Part shown: in pieces, positions 25,848 to 36,085 of the stretch
Layout of the letters: each line of letters opens with the position of its first letter
Numbering within the stretch: position 1 is the stretch's first letter
Virus record (IMG/VR): IMGVR_UViG_3300026382_000009
Span: 1-64,000 of that record
Length of the DNA stretch: 64,000 nucleotides
Reading direction: 5' to 3' (one strand)
Source: a virus
The notes under the pieces: model-generated
Told to the model about the DNA's origin: nothing
The model's input: only the letters and a program-made list of their open reading frames with translations
Databases searched by the model: none
Translations under genes and position numbers: made by a program

Positions 25848-26338
25848 TGTCTTTCCTTCTTTTTCTTTATTATTTCTTCATCAAGTTCATTCAATAAAAC
25901 ATTGAAAGGTTTATTTTTTGTTAATTCACCTTTTGCAAAAGTTATGTTATCTAATTTTTCTATTTTAGAAACTTTGTTGATATCATGTTTGTGTAAAATT
26001 AATACAAATTTATCTCCTCCTATTCTAAAAGGAAGAGCTGATGTATCTTTGATAATTTCAAAAATTTTATTTGTAATATTAGTTATAAAATTATCACCTT
26101 CTTTATAACCATAAGTTCTATTATATTCATGTAAACCATCTAAATCTATCAAATAAACATAATAAGATTTATTTGGATGAAAATCCCATTCAATATTTTG
26201 TATGTAATTTAAAGTATCTTCTAATTTATAACGATTTCCAAATCCTGTTAATCTGTCATGTTTTAATTTATAAATTTCTTTTTTGAGTTGATCTATTTCA
26301 TTTTGAAGCTGTTGAACTGTTCTTCGACAATCCATCAT
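25844..26338 (-). CDS. GGDEF-domain protein (GGDKF variant)
   Basis: DRLTGFGNR, IDLDGLHEYNRTYGYKEGD, FRIGGDKF; N-terminal coiled coil. Confidence 0.88.
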   Translation of the reverse strand: MMDCRRTVQQLQNEIDQLKKEIYKLKHDRLTGFGNRYKLEDTLNYIQNIEWDFHPNKSYYVYLIDLDGLHEYNRTYGYKEGDNFITNITNKIFEIIKDTSALPFRIGGDKFVLILHKHDINKVSKIEKLDNITFAKGELTKNKPFNVLLNELDEEIIKKKKERQ

Positions 26339-26684
26339 TCAAGAACCTTTTATTATAAAGATTAATTTCATCTTCATAATTTTTAATAACTAATTGTAAA
26401 CTTTTTATATAATGAACTAGTTTTAAAAAGCTATCTTTTTTTATACATCCATTCCATTCTTTAATACATACTTTATTATCTTTGTTATAAGCTGTTAAAA
26501 TTAATTTAGGTGGCTTTTCAAATGTTTTAAGTTTTGGACATTTCTTTTCAATGTATTTATATTTTGTGATGGCGATTGTCTTTTGAGAACAACCTACAAA
26601 AAAAGAAGAAAATGATATGAAAAACATTACAAGAAAGCATGTGTATAATATTCGAAATTTTTCTTGATTTCTTGGACCTTTCAT
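26298..26684 (-). CDS. Outer-membrane lipoprotein, o-spanin
   Basis: Lipobox FVGC, Pro/Cys segment CPKL..PPKL; follows i-spanin. Confidence 0.7.
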   Translation of the reverse strand: MKGPRNQEKFRILYTCFLVMFFISFSSFFVGCSQKTIAITKYKYIEKKCPKLKTFEKPPKLILTAYNKDNKVCIKEWNGCIKKDSFLKLVHYIKSLQLVIKNYEDEINLYNKRFLNDGLSKNSSTASK

Positions 26685-27010
26685 AATTCTACCTTGTATT
26701 CTACATTATCTGTTAAATTAATTACTTTATCAGCTATTTCTTTTTCAGATTTAGAAACTTTTTTAATATTTTCAAGTTCTTTTTCTTTGACATTTTCTTC
26801 AAATTCTTTTATATTTATTTCATTTTTATATTGTTTTTCTTTGACTTCAAGTTCAGAATCTTTTGCAGATAATTGTTCATCTTTAATATGAAGTTCATTT
26901 TGTTGTTTTTCTATTTTGTTTTCTTGTAATTTATTTTTTATAAAAAGTATCCCAGCAATTAATCCTAAAATCCCTGTTAAAAACTCCCAAATTTTACTAA
27001 ATATATTCAT
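26681..27010 (-). CDS. Inner-membrane spanin (Rz-like)
   Basis: N-terminal TM plus coiled coil, overlapping the lipoprotein gene. Confidence 0.65.
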   Translation of the reverse strand: MNIFSKIWEFLTGILGLIAGILFIKNKLQENKIEKQQNELHIKDEQLSAKDSELEVKEKQYKNEINIKEFEENVKEKELENIKKVSKSEKEIADKVINLTDNVEYKVEL

Positions 27011-27021
27011 TTTTTATTTCC

Positions 27022-27591
27022 TTATGAAGGAATTACTGAATCTACACATTCAATTGAATTACAATTTAAAATAGCATCTTTTACTTTACGAGCTTGATGA
27101 TATATTTTACCTACTTCATTACTTGCTTTCAAAGTTAAATCTTTAACATCTTCTGGTGTTAATGTAATTGTATTATTGTTTGCATCAATTATGAATAAAT
27201 TATCAACTTGTCCTATTAAAACTGAAATAGCCAATGCCATCATTGTTGATTTATAATCTTCTGTTAAAATAAAATGATATGTTTTATTTGTTGAAGGCTG
27301 AACCCAATCAAATCCTTGTGCTATTAAATCATTACGTCTTTTATTGATTATATCTATTAAAACTTCTTTATATCTTTGTAAAGTTCTTTCATCATCTATA
27401 ATTATATTTCCATTTTCATCTAACTTATAAAAATAATCTATATCTTGTTTGTTAGGATATTTAGGAAGAGTATCTTCATCAACATAAATATATTTTATTT
27501 TATCAGTTGAATTTTCTTTTACAAATTTTTCTTCATCGTGCACTTCTATTTCAACTTTATATAATAAATTATCTTTTATTCTGAAAATCAT
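27022..27591 (-). CDS. Tail fibre assembly chaperone (DUF4376-like)
   Basis: INKRRNDLI..GF, IDANNNTITLT, ARKVKDAI..C.SIE pattern. Confidence 0.7.
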   Translation of the reverse strand: MIFRIKDNLLYKVEIEVHDEEKFVKENSTDKIKYIYVDEDTLPKYPNKQDIDYFYKLDENGNIIIDDERTLQRYKEVLIDIINKRRNDLIAQGFDWVQPSTNKTYHFILTEDYKSTMMALAISVLIGQVDNLFIIDANNNTITLTPEDVKDLTLKASNEVGKIYHQARKVKDAILNCNSIECVDSVIPS

Positions 27592-27600
27592 TGTTTATCC

Positions 27601-28584
27601 TTACAAATATTTTAACATTTCATTGTATAATAATTTTATTTCATTTTCAGTGCATTCTTTTTCAAAAAATCTTAATTCTTCTATGTTTCCTTTATACCAA
27701 TCATTTATTGATGTTTTACTATCTCTATCTGCTGCAACTAACATTGGTAATTTAACTTTAGTTAAATCTGTTTTCAATTTAGTAGAGACAACAAGTTTAC
27801 CATTTACATAAAATCTTCCATCAGTTGTAAATGCTAAATGTGTCCATTTACCCCATTCAACAGGAACACCATAAAAATCTTTATTATTTTGTATTACATA
27901 CCATTTTTTTGAATTATTATGAACCCAAATTGAAAAATAATTATCTCCATTTTGAGATAAATGAAATAAACATCCATAAGAGCCATATGGTTGTTCAGGT
28001 TTTGCCCACAAAGATACAGTTCCTTGTGGTTTATCAAATTTTATATCTGTATAACAGTAATTTTTGTTAACAAATGAGGCACATTTTCCAACAATTCCTG
28101 GCTCATATTTCATGTCTTGAACAGATTTAAGATTATAAAGTCCTCCACTATCAGCTATACTTCCATTGAATTCATAAAGAAATTTAGCAGTTCCATCTCT
28201 AAAGAAATCAACTATTCTTGTTGTATCTGCACAAATTATTGTATCTTTGTTGGAAATCCAAACATATTTATTTTCTATTAATTTATTTTGTAATGTAAAT
28301 ATTTCATTTGTTTTATAGTTATACCAAGTAACTCCAGGAACTTCATATCCATTTTCAGGAGATGGATTTTTATCAGATACTATATCATATAATAAAGGTT
28401 TAATATTTTGAAGAAAAGTTAAATATCCTTTTTTAATTGCTGTTGCTGCTGCCCAGTTTGATGGAATATTTTTTTCTACTCTGTAAATTTCCCAATTATC
28501 TTGTGACTGGATTGCTATTTTATCTCCCACAGAAAACTTATCTAATCCGGTCACAAATCTATTATCTAAAATCTTTTTAACCAT
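27601..28584 (-). CDS. Virion protein with LamG/concanavalin-like domain
   Basis: LYEFNG, TVSLWAK, WTHLAFT, FYVNG, GNIEELRFF. Confidence 0.75.
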   Translation of the reverse strand: MVKKILDNRFVTGLDKFSVGDKIAIQSQDNWEIYRVEKNIPSNWAAATAIKKGYLTFLQNIKPLLYDIVSDKNPSPENGYEVPGVTWYNYKTNEIFTLQNKLIENKYVWISNKDTIICADTTRIVDFFRDGTAKFLYEFNGSIADSGGLYNLKSVQDMKYEPGIVGKCASFVNKNYCYTDIKFDKPQGTVSLWAKPEQPYGSYGCLFHLSQNGDNYFSIWVHNNSKKWYVIQNNKDFYGVPVEWGKWTHLAFTTDGRFYVNGKLVVSTKLKTDLTKVKLPMLVAADRDSKTSINDWYKGNIEELRFFEKECTENEIKLLYNEMLKYL

Positions 28585-28593
28585 TTATTATCC

Positions 28594-30231
28594 TTAATCA
28601 ATGTAATTGATTTTATATGTTCCAGAATTATTAAATTTAATACTTAAATTATTTTCTGTGAATCTTATATCATGAGTTTCAGTATCATCTTTGTAATAAT
28701 TTTTTGTATTAACTATAGCACCTATATAATTTAATCTTTTATCTTGATCTATCTCATGATAATCAAAAGTAATTGCAAAAAATAAATAATCAGGAGATTT
28801 TTCTTCAAAGAAATTATTCCATTCAGTTTCACCTAAATTCAAATATTCTTTTAAATCAATACCATTATTTTTTACCCAATCAATATCATTTTTTTCATAA
28901 ATATTTAAAATTTTTGTTCCAACTAATTGCCATTTATTATATGTTGTATCCCATTTATACCAATTTTTATTATCACGAGAAATTAATGTATAAAATGCTG
29001 GTTCAGAAATTGTCCAATTAACATTAATTTCATCAGCTATTAATTTTTTTATTTTTGTAAAATCTTTTAAATTGAATGGCGTCCTTTGAATTATTAATCT
29101 TGGATAAGGTAAAAATTTTATATTCATATCTAATTCAGAAATAGATGATTCACAATAAAATAATATATTAGGGTTATTTGTAAGTTTTTCAATATTAGTT
29201 TTTGATATCAACAAAGGTGCTTTTATTCCAAAGTTTATAAAATCATTAGACGTTAAATCATTTTTTGTTTTGTTTAAATTTTTCCAAAGATTTCCATCCC
29301 ATGTATAAACATTATTGTCTTCTGGATTTTCTACCAAAATATATACAGTGCTGTTGATGATATTTAAACCTTGATCAACACTTGTTATCCATCCATCTGG
29401 TAATTTTATAGTAACAATAAAATCAACAAAATTTTCAATGTTACCTGTTTTTGAATCATCAACTTGAATTAACAATGATTTATCATTTTGAGAAATTATT
29501 TTAATTTCTGGCATTTTTTCATGTGATTTTGTAATTGCAATAAATCCTATATGATCGACAATACCAGTTGAATCTGTATCACCTCCAAAACCTACCCATT
29601 GATTAGTAGTTTGTGAAGGTGAACCAGAAATTTTGACTTTTTCATCAGTCCACCAACAATGTTCTACAGAAAAACCATTTGCATTAAGATTTAGATCATA
29701 CATAAAATATTCAGGAAATAAATCGGGCATTTTTGTTGAACCAGGGATGGTTCCTGATGTGTTTCCAATTCTATAAGCACATGCATCACTGTTGTTATCA
29801 GTTGAAGGAATAAATTCTATAGAATTTCCATAAAGAATATATGGTCCTGTTTTTCCACAATTTGTAGCTTCAGTATATGGTTCTTGATTTCCAGCTAAAA
29901 GAACTCTTATAGGTAAATTAAATGTTGTTTTAGATCTAATTGCTGAATAATAGCAAGAACCATTACAACACGATCCAGAGTCACCCCAAGTATTAAAATT
30001 ACTATCACTAATACTGTATGATGCTTTGTATTTACTTGGATCCCATTTAGTTGTATCTAAAGATTCACCATTAAAATCATCAAAAAAATCCCAAAAAGTA
30101 TCTGGATTTTCTGGAATTTGACTATCATCTTTATTAACTGTCCAAATAACTTTACTTCCTGCTGGTTGTGTAATTTTAAAATGTAAATAAAAATTATTAT
30201 TAGCTTTATTTATCCAATACGGTCTTCCCAT
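28594..30231 (-). CDS. Virion structural/receptor-binding protein
   Basis: FWDFFDDFNG..LDTTKW beta-sandwich (DUF2341-like context); tail region. Confidence 0.55.
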   Translation of the reverse strand: MGRPYWINKANNNFYLHFKITQPAGSKVIWTVNKDDSQIPENPDTFWDFFDDFNGESLDTTKWDPSKYKASYSISDSNFNTWGDSGSCCNGSCYYSAIRSKTTFNLPIRVLLAGNQEPYTEATNCGKTGPYILYGNSIEFIPSTDNNSDACAYRIGNTSGTIPGSTKMPDLFPEYFMYDLNLNANGFSVEHCWWTDEKVKISGSPSQTTNQWVGFGGDTDSTGIVDHIGFIAITKSHEKMPEIKIISQNDKSLLIQVDDSKTGNIENFVDFIVTIKLPDGWITSVDQGLNIINSTVYILVENPEDNNVYTWDGNLWKNLNKTKNDLTSNDFINFGIKAPLLISKTNIEKLTNNPNILFYCESSISELDMNIKFLPYPRLIIQRTPFNLKDFTKIKKLIADEINVNWTISEPAFYTLISRDNKNWYKWDTTYNKWQLVGTKILNIYEKNDIDWVKNNGIDLKEYLNLGETEWNNFFEEKSPDYLFFAITFDYHEIDQDKRLNYIGAIVNTKNYYKDDTETHDIRFTENNLSIKFNNSGTYKINYID

Positions 30232-30240
30232 TTATTCCCC

Positions 30241-30948
30241 TTAATATACAATAGCACCAATATTTTTAATATCTTGAAAATCGTTAGTATTGAAAGATTT
30301 TTCAAAAAATACTGTTCCATTAGAAGTGGTATTTTGTGTAGTTTTATAAAATTTATTTAACTTTAAATGCATCTGGCCATCTTGTAATACCCATTCGTCA
30401 TCATAAATCCAAATTGTTTCTGTTTTATTAAAATCTGTAAAAATAACATTTACATTATATTCCGCATCTTGTTTTTTCAAAATAAAAACATGTCTATCAA
30501 ATAATGTATTTTTATTTTGAAAAGGAATAATTAAAATATCACCTGAATTTACTGTAGTTTCTATTTGCTTATAAACAACATTACCAATATCTTTTATTAA
30601 TCCATTTTCTTTATCTTGTTGTAAATTACCTGTCGCTGAAAAATTATTTAGAGCAACATAAAATTTTGTTTTAGTTTCATCAGTAATTAATTCATTTTGT
30701 TTAAAAGATACACCTGCTGAATATGTTTTTAAAATTGGTTCAACATCACCAGCTCTAACTTCAACAGCCCATCCATTATCAATAGCTGTTTGAATAGTTG
30801 TATTATGATCTATATTTTTTAGATTTTTTATTTTGTAAAAATTAATTTTTCCATCAATTATAACAGCAAAATGTTCTCCATCCATTAATTTATCTATTCC
30901 AGTGTTTGATAGAGATTCAAATAATAAAGTGCTTGTTATTTTCTTCAT
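30241..30948 (-). CDS. Virion structural protein
   Basis: ORF with AAGGA RBS; tail-fibre region. Confidence 0.55.
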   Translation of the reverse strand: MKKITSTLLFESLSNTGIDKLMDGEHFAVIIDGKINFYKIKNLKNIDHNTTIQTAIDNGWAVEVRAGDVEPILKTYSAGVSFKQNELITDETKTKFYVALNNFSATGNLQQDKENGLIKDIGNVVYKQIETTVNSGDILIIPFQNKNTLFDRHVFILKKQDAEYNVNVIFTDFNKTETIWIYDDEWVLQDGQMHLKLNKFYKTTQNTTSNGTVFFEKSFNTNDFQDIKNIGAIVY

Positions 30949-30960
30949 TTTATTCCTTTT

Positions 30961-31100
30961 GCAGTCACTCGTTTAAATTTACCTTAGTAAACTTAAACGA
31001 GCAACTGCATCAAGTTGCCCTAACCTGACAACTGTTTTAAGTTGTCTTAAACGGTCAACTGCTATAAGTTGACCTATCGAGGTCACTTTGTTGTGACCTC
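30961..31100 (-). ncRNA. Structured intergenic element: array of CAACT-N6-AGTTG hairpins plus a 22-bp stem
   Basis: CAACT at 31002, 31029, 31056 (27-nt period); fourth hairpin 31079-31100; long stem 30961-31008 with G-U-only mismatches on the minus strand. Confidence 0.6.
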
Positions 31101-31112
31101 TGTAGATCAACT

Positions 31113-33686
31113 TTAATAAATAATTTTTAATGTTTCATAAACACCAACGTAATTTTCAGTTGTTCCCCATCCTGTGCTAATAGTAAAAATATTAAAATAA
31201 CGTTTTCGTATTTTATAAGGCATAAATGGTGAATAATATGTATTTCCTGCTTCATCTAGAAATCTAAATCTCACAAAATAATTTGTTCTCCATTTTAATG
31301 ATCCAGAATTATTTCCAAAGAAAACTCTATTTTTGTTAGTTCTATATGCTGGAACTAAATGTCCAGATAGTTGTTTAGGTGGTCTGTTATATATAGATGT
31401 TTTATTGTTAACAGATTGAGCTGGATTTTCTCTCCAAATTTCTATGTCAAAATCTAAAGATGTATTGTATTCAAAAGCTGGTAAATAAAATGTATTAAAA
31501 AATCTTTTTCTTATAATATGTTTTTTACTAAAATTATTTACATTAGTATACTCACATTCATATGTTACTAAATCCACCTGTTTTACATCAGATAAATAGT
31601 ATTTTTGTCCATCAACATCAATGTATTTTGTTATCATTTTAGGTCTTACATTATCTAAAACTGTTCCATCATATTTAGTAGCTAATAATCTTCCATCAAA
31701 GAAAACTTCTGGTAAATAATATTCATCATATTCTAATGCAAAAATATCATTATTATTTTTAGTATAACCTATAAGTTTAACTTTTGTTGTATAATTTAAA
31801 GGTAATTGAGACGATGGCATATCTGGAAATGAAGTCCATTCCCAATCAGTTCCATAAGTTAAAAGAACACCATTTTTATACAATCTAACTTTACTTTCAT
31901 CTTTCAAAAAGTAAAATCCAAAATCAAGAGTTTGTGATACTTCTACGTATTTGCTACCTTTTCTATAACCTTTTTTAACTTCTTTTCTTGGAATTTGTTT
32001 ATCATAAGCAAATGCCACACCATCATTATTCGTGGCATTAATAGACATTATTTGTGTTATATCATCAAAAATTGAAACATCTTTAAAATAATCTGCTTTT
32101 AATCTAGTATTATCATGAATGTGTAAAAATTTTTTATTCAAAGAAACTTTTATGTTTGGTTTATCAAATTTTTCCCCAATAACAAAATTTAATGAATTTT
32201 CAGTAGAATAAGGGTTTCCTATCCAAAGAGTTTTATCAGAATAAACTAATCCACAATTTTGATATTCAGATACATAAAAATTTTGACCTAAATGACTTAT
32301 GTATGTATTATCTGTATATGGTGTATTTGATGTTGTTGCTACTATTCTGCTACCAGCATAATTATCAGTAGAATTTGTGTTTTCTAAATTAATTTGTGTA
32401 ATACCATAATCGTCATTTTTAATTTTTATAATTTGAGCATTTGATTGAATTTCTTTGTCTTTAGTAATTTTCCAATAATATTTTGTAGATGTATTGTCTC
32501 CATTATCATGATTAGCATATAAATATGATTCATTGTTAGTAATTTTTAAACCTGTTCCTTCAAATAAATTATTTCCTTGGACATAAGCATTTATAAATTT
32601 ATTACCAAAATCAATTGTAAAATCATTTGAATCAGTTCCATTGTTTACAAATGATAATTTATAATTAGTTGTTAAATTAATAGTTGTATTTTCAGATAAT
32701 GTTCCACCTAATTTTACTGTTCCTGAATTCTCTGTTAAACCATTAGTAAAATTATAATTTTTTGATTTTCCAGTAACATTATCAAATAAAATATCGTCTG
32801 TTCCAATTTTAGCCGGTTTTCTAATTTGCCAAATAGTATTTTTGTTGTTGTTACCTTCACCAACAGCTACAAGATAATATGAAATGTCTATTCCATTAGG
32901 AAAATCTGGATGTCTTTCTAATGCTTTATCTTTGTATAAATATATTCCATTCTCTTTTGGATTTGTTTGACCTGCTAAAAAGATAACATCGCCTTCTTGT
33001 GTTTCAATACCATCTATAATATAAGGACCATTTTGAATACCAATATCATAATTTGTATCAGCTTTTAATCTTACTCTAATTGTTCCAGCTCTAGTATTCA
33101 CGAAACTGTAAGGAACAATTTCACCCCTTTTAGATAATCTGTTTTCAGAATAAAAATCATCAGGATTTTGTAAATAAAAATTTGTAGCACTTCCAACATA
33201 CAAAGCAAAATAATCTTTTGTCAAATAACCAGTTAATTGTTTATTTTTATTATTTGGATCTACGTATTGAAAACCTGATATGCCATTCCCAAAAGACCAA
33301 TCAGCGTTTGGTTGAGTAGAACTTGGATGATGAATTATTAATTGTTTATCTTGTGTATTAATAATAGTATCTTTAGTTAAATTTCCACCTAATTGAATAG
33401 TATCATCATTAATTTCAATACCATTATTAGCTGATAAATTTGATTCAAATTTTGCTTCTTGCCAATTAGTATTGTCTGATAAATCTCCATTACCTGAATC
33501 TATCAATTGATAGAATTTACCATCTTCTTTTAAATAAACTAACATACCCCATTTTCTTTTTAATTGAGGTATGTTATCTCTTTCAATAGAATTTTCTACA
33601 GTAACATATCCACCTATTAAATTCTTATCTTCAAGTAATCCAAAATTTCCTCCAGGTTCAAAAGTTCCTGTAATTTTTATTCCCAT
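31113..33686 (-). CDS. Large tail fibre-like protein
   Basis: RKWGMLVY, repeated NG(I/L)..LGG.L...T.I linkers, GQTNPKENGIY. Confidence 0.7.
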   Translation of the reverse strand: MGIKITGTFEPGGNFGLLEDKNLIGGYVTVENSIERDNIPQLKRKWGMLVYLKEDGKFYQLIDSGNGDLSDNTNWQEAKFESNLSANNGIEINDDTIQLGGNLTKDTIINTQDKQLIIHHPSSTQPNADWSFGNGISGFQYVDPNNKNKQLTGYLTKDYFALYVGSATNFYLQNPDDFYSENRLSKRGEIVPYSFVNTRAGTIRVRLKADTNYDIGIQNGPYIIDGIETQEGDVIFLAGQTNPKENGIYLYKDKALERHPDFPNGIDISYYLVAVGEGNNNKNTIWQIRKPAKIGTDDILFDNVTGKSKNYNFTNGLTENSGTVKLGGTLSENTTINLTTNYKLSFVNNGTDSNDFTIDFGNKFINAYVQGNNLFEGTGLKITNNESYLYANHDNGDNTSTKYYWKITKDKEIQSNAQIIKIKNDDYGITQINLENTNSTDNYAGSRIVATTSNTPYTDNTYISHLGQNFYVSEYQNCGLVYSDKTLWIGNPYSTENSLNFVIGEKFDKPNIKVSLNKKFLHIHDNTRLKADYFKDVSIFDDITQIMSINATNNDGVAFAYDKQIPRKEVKKGYRKGSKYVEVSQTLDFGFYFLKDESKVRLYKNGVLLTYGTDWEWTSFPDMPSSQLPLNYTTKVKLIGYTKNNNDIFALEYDEYYLPEVFFDGRLLATKYDGTVLDNVRPKMITKYIDVDGQKYYLSDVKQVDLVTYECEYTNVNNFSKKHIIRKRFFNTFYLPAFEYNTSLDFDIEIWRENPAQSVNNKTSIYNRPPKQLSGHLVPAYRTNKNRVFFGNNSGSLKWRTNYFVRFRFLDEAGNTYYSPFMPYKIRKRYFNIFTISTGWGTTENYVGVYETLKIIY

Positions 33687-33751
33687 TATTCCCTCGCTTA
33701 TGTAATTTATAGAATATTTTAAATCATATAAATATTTAACAAATAAATACG

Positions 33752-33860
33752 TTATCAGAACTTATTAGAGCTTATCAGATGTGCTCTATTCATCGAATTT
33801 TATTTTAAAATATAAATTATAATCAAATAATTAAACATTCACCAGAGTCCTCCAGAGAGG
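33752..33860. repeat. Degenerate member of the TCAGA/CCAGAGAGG leader repeat family
   Basis: Three 10-mers TTATCAGAAC/TTATTAGAGC/TTATCAGATG; CCAGAGTCCTCCAGAGAGG is a near reverse complement of 32-50. Confidence 0.6.
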
Positions 33861-33881
33861 AAAATAAATTGTATATCATAC

Positions 33882-34703
33882 TTATGATATTTTTGAATGT
33901 AAATCAGATGTTTGTTTGTATGTTGTTCTGTATACTTTATAAGAAAGAGTTACACCAAAACTATTTGTAATATTTATATTATCTAATTGTGTATAATCAA
34001 CTCCAAATCCTGTATCTTTATCTTTCCATTCAGAAATACTTCCAAAACTATCTGGAAATAAAATATAATAATATTCTTCTTTACCACTATTTATATAATT
34101 GTAATCACCTGAAAAATCAGATTTTAGTTGAGATGAAAAATTGTTTTTAACTTCATTTTCATTAACTACAGAATTTACAGAATTACCCCAATAAACTCTT
34201 GCTCTCCAATAAACAGTGAAATTTCTACTAAATGTTTGATTTTTTGTATTTTTTGCTTCAATTTTCCAAGTATAAGAACTATTAGGTGTTGTTTTAACTT
34301 TGTCCAAACCTATATCTAAATCTTCAGTTCCATCATTTGCTAAGTTTTCGCCTAAAACAGTTGATGCATTTACATCAGTTATTTTTATTGTATTATCAAT
34401 TATATTTTCTTGATGACTAGTTGTCCATTTGAAAGTTCTGATGCCACCAGTAATTTTATCACCAACTTCTAAAATTGTTGGTTGTAAATCTATATAAAAT
34501 GAATTAAATTTTGGATATTCATAAGGATATAATATCATATTTAGAACTTCACAAGGCGTTAAACCACTAATAACTGTTCCAGATTCAAGTCCACCATGAT
34601 TTGTTGGAACAGGATCACTTTTATCCATTACACAACTTCCTGTTCCTCCACCAGATGTATTTGAACCCTTAAATTTGAAAAAATAATAAGGATTTGTTAT
34701 CAT
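33882..34703 (-). CDS. Virion structural protein (Ig-like)
   Basis: ILYPYEYP, LEVGD, VYWG, YKVYRT; beta-rich. Confidence 0.6.
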   Translation of the reverse strand: MITNPYYFFKFKGSNTSGGGTGSCVMDKSDPVPTNHGGLESGTVISGLTPCEVLNMILYPYEYPKFNSFYIDLQPTILEVGDKITGGIRTFKWTTSHQENIIDNTIKITDVNASTVLGENLANDGTEDLDIGLDKVKTTPNSSYTWKIEAKNTKNQTFSRNFTVYWRARVYWGNSVNSVVNENEVKNNFSSQLKSDFSGDYNYINSGKEEYYYILFPDSFGSISEWKDKDTGFGVDYTQLDNINITNSFGVTLSYKVYRTTYKQTSDLHSKIS

Positions 34704-34712
34704 AAAATCTCC

Positions 34713-35084
34713 TTAATAACCTACAGCCATAGGTATTAATGTAATTTTAGCATCTCCTGGAGAATTTATTGTTCCACCACTAAATTTGCAATTTACTCTT
34801 AGTAATTCTTCATTTTCAGCAATTGGAATCATAATTCTATATTTACCAGATTTTGAAAAAACTTTTTTATAATTTTTAACTGTTTCAGGTGTATCTTCAT
34901 ATTGCATTGGATACCAATCATCTAATCTTTTTTCATAAACATCAAATGTTAATATTAAATTAATCTCATCACCTTTTATATAATTTACATAAATAACAAT
35001 TGTTGATTTTGATGGAACAGAACCTTTTGCTGAAGTATCTCCTTCATCAAGTAAATTATTTTTAAAATCATATATTCTTATCAT
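34713..35084 (-). CDS. Hypothetical structural protein, paralog of 36086-36469
   Basis: IYVNY.KG...FDV...LDDWYPMQY shared. Confidence 0.7.
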   Translation of the reverse strand: MIRIYDFKNNLLDEGDTSAKGSVPSKSTIVIYVNYIKGDEINLILTFDVYEKRLDDWYPMQYEDTPETVKNYKKVFSKSGKYRIMIPIAENEELLRVNCKFSGGTINSPGDAKITLIPMAVGY

Positions 35085-36076
35085 TTTCTTTTTCCTTTGA
35101 AAAAATTGAAAAAGTTAAAATTTTTAAGTTTATTAAATTTGTTATTATAAATATAATTTTTTATTTCTATTGTTTTAACATCAATTTTGTTTTTTATCAA
35201 ATTTAGTTCGTTTAAAAAAATAGTTTTTAATTCATTTATTCTAATAAATGTTTGATTAGAAAAAAAATCAATTTTATATAATAAAGAATTTATTTTTTCA
35301 TCTTGTTTTTCAAAATGTTGTTTTAAGTTTTTATTTTCATCAAATATTTTTTTCAAAAAATTATATTGATAATCTAGTTTGGAAAAAATTTCATTTTTAA
35401 AATCAAGTAATTTTTTAATTAAATTATTTTGTTCAATGTTTATTGAAATTATTTTCAAAAAATTAATTTCTATTCGTGAAAATAATTTTTTTATTTCTTC
35501 AAAATGATTTTTGGAATTTTCTATTAACATATTTACTAACACATTATTTTTATTTATTTTTTCAATGATTTCATTATCTTTTTTGAATAATATGTTAATT
35601 GTTTCATTTTTTGAATTTTCTATTGATTTCTCAATTTTTTCTACATTTTCTTCTAGTTTTTTAATTTTTTCAATTTTTCTAAATAGAACTTTAAAATTTG
35701 TGTTTATACTCTCATTTAATGATAAAAATTGTTCTTTAAGTTGAGAAACATCATTTTTTATTAATTCATGAGATTTTTCAATAAAAGCTAACTTTTCTTT
35801 GAGAATTTGTTGATTTTTTTCAAGTTCTTTGAATTTGTCTAATTTTTCTATTTTTCTAAGAATTTCTGTATTTTTTAATTCATTTGCAAGATTTTTTTCA
35901 ATTTTGTTTAAATTATCATCAATTTTATTAATTTCTATTTTTAATTCATTTATTTTTGATAAAAATAAGTTTTCGGAGAGATTTTTGTAATTTTTATTAT
36001 TTTCATCGTTTTTTATAAATTTTTCATCATTTTTTTCATTTGATGGATTTTTATCAATTTTCATTGTTTTAATCAT
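35081..36076 (-). CDS. Coiled-coil protein
   Basis: Continuous K/E/N-rich heptad pattern. Confidence 0.6.
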   Translation of the reverse strand: MIKTMKIDKNPSNEKNDEKFIKNDENNKNYKNLSENLFLSKINELKIEINKIDDNLNKIEKNLANELKNTEILRKIEKLDKFKELEKNQQILKEKLAFIEKSHELIKNDVSQLKEQFLSLNESINTNFKVLFRKIEKIKKLEENVEKIEKSIENSKNETINILFKKDNEIIEKINKNNVLVNMLIENSKNHFEEIKKLFSRIEINFLKIISINIEQNNLIKKLLDFKNEIFSKLDYQYNFLKKIFDENKNLKQHFEKQDEKINSLLYKIDFFSNQTFIRINELKTIFLNELNLIKNKIDVKTIEIKNYIYNNKFNKLKNFNFFNFFKGKRK

Positions 36077-36085
36077 TTATTTCCT

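Noticed and set aside
31053-31074. Resemblance of GTCAACT...AGTTGACC to IS200/IS605 or HEARO/omega-RNA ends
   Set aside because: Match is too short, and no TnpA, TnpB or IscB-like gene is adjacent
30992-31100. Possible mini-CRISPR array
   Set aside because: The 27-nt period leaves no room for spacers, the palindromes themselves vary, and no cas genes are in the window
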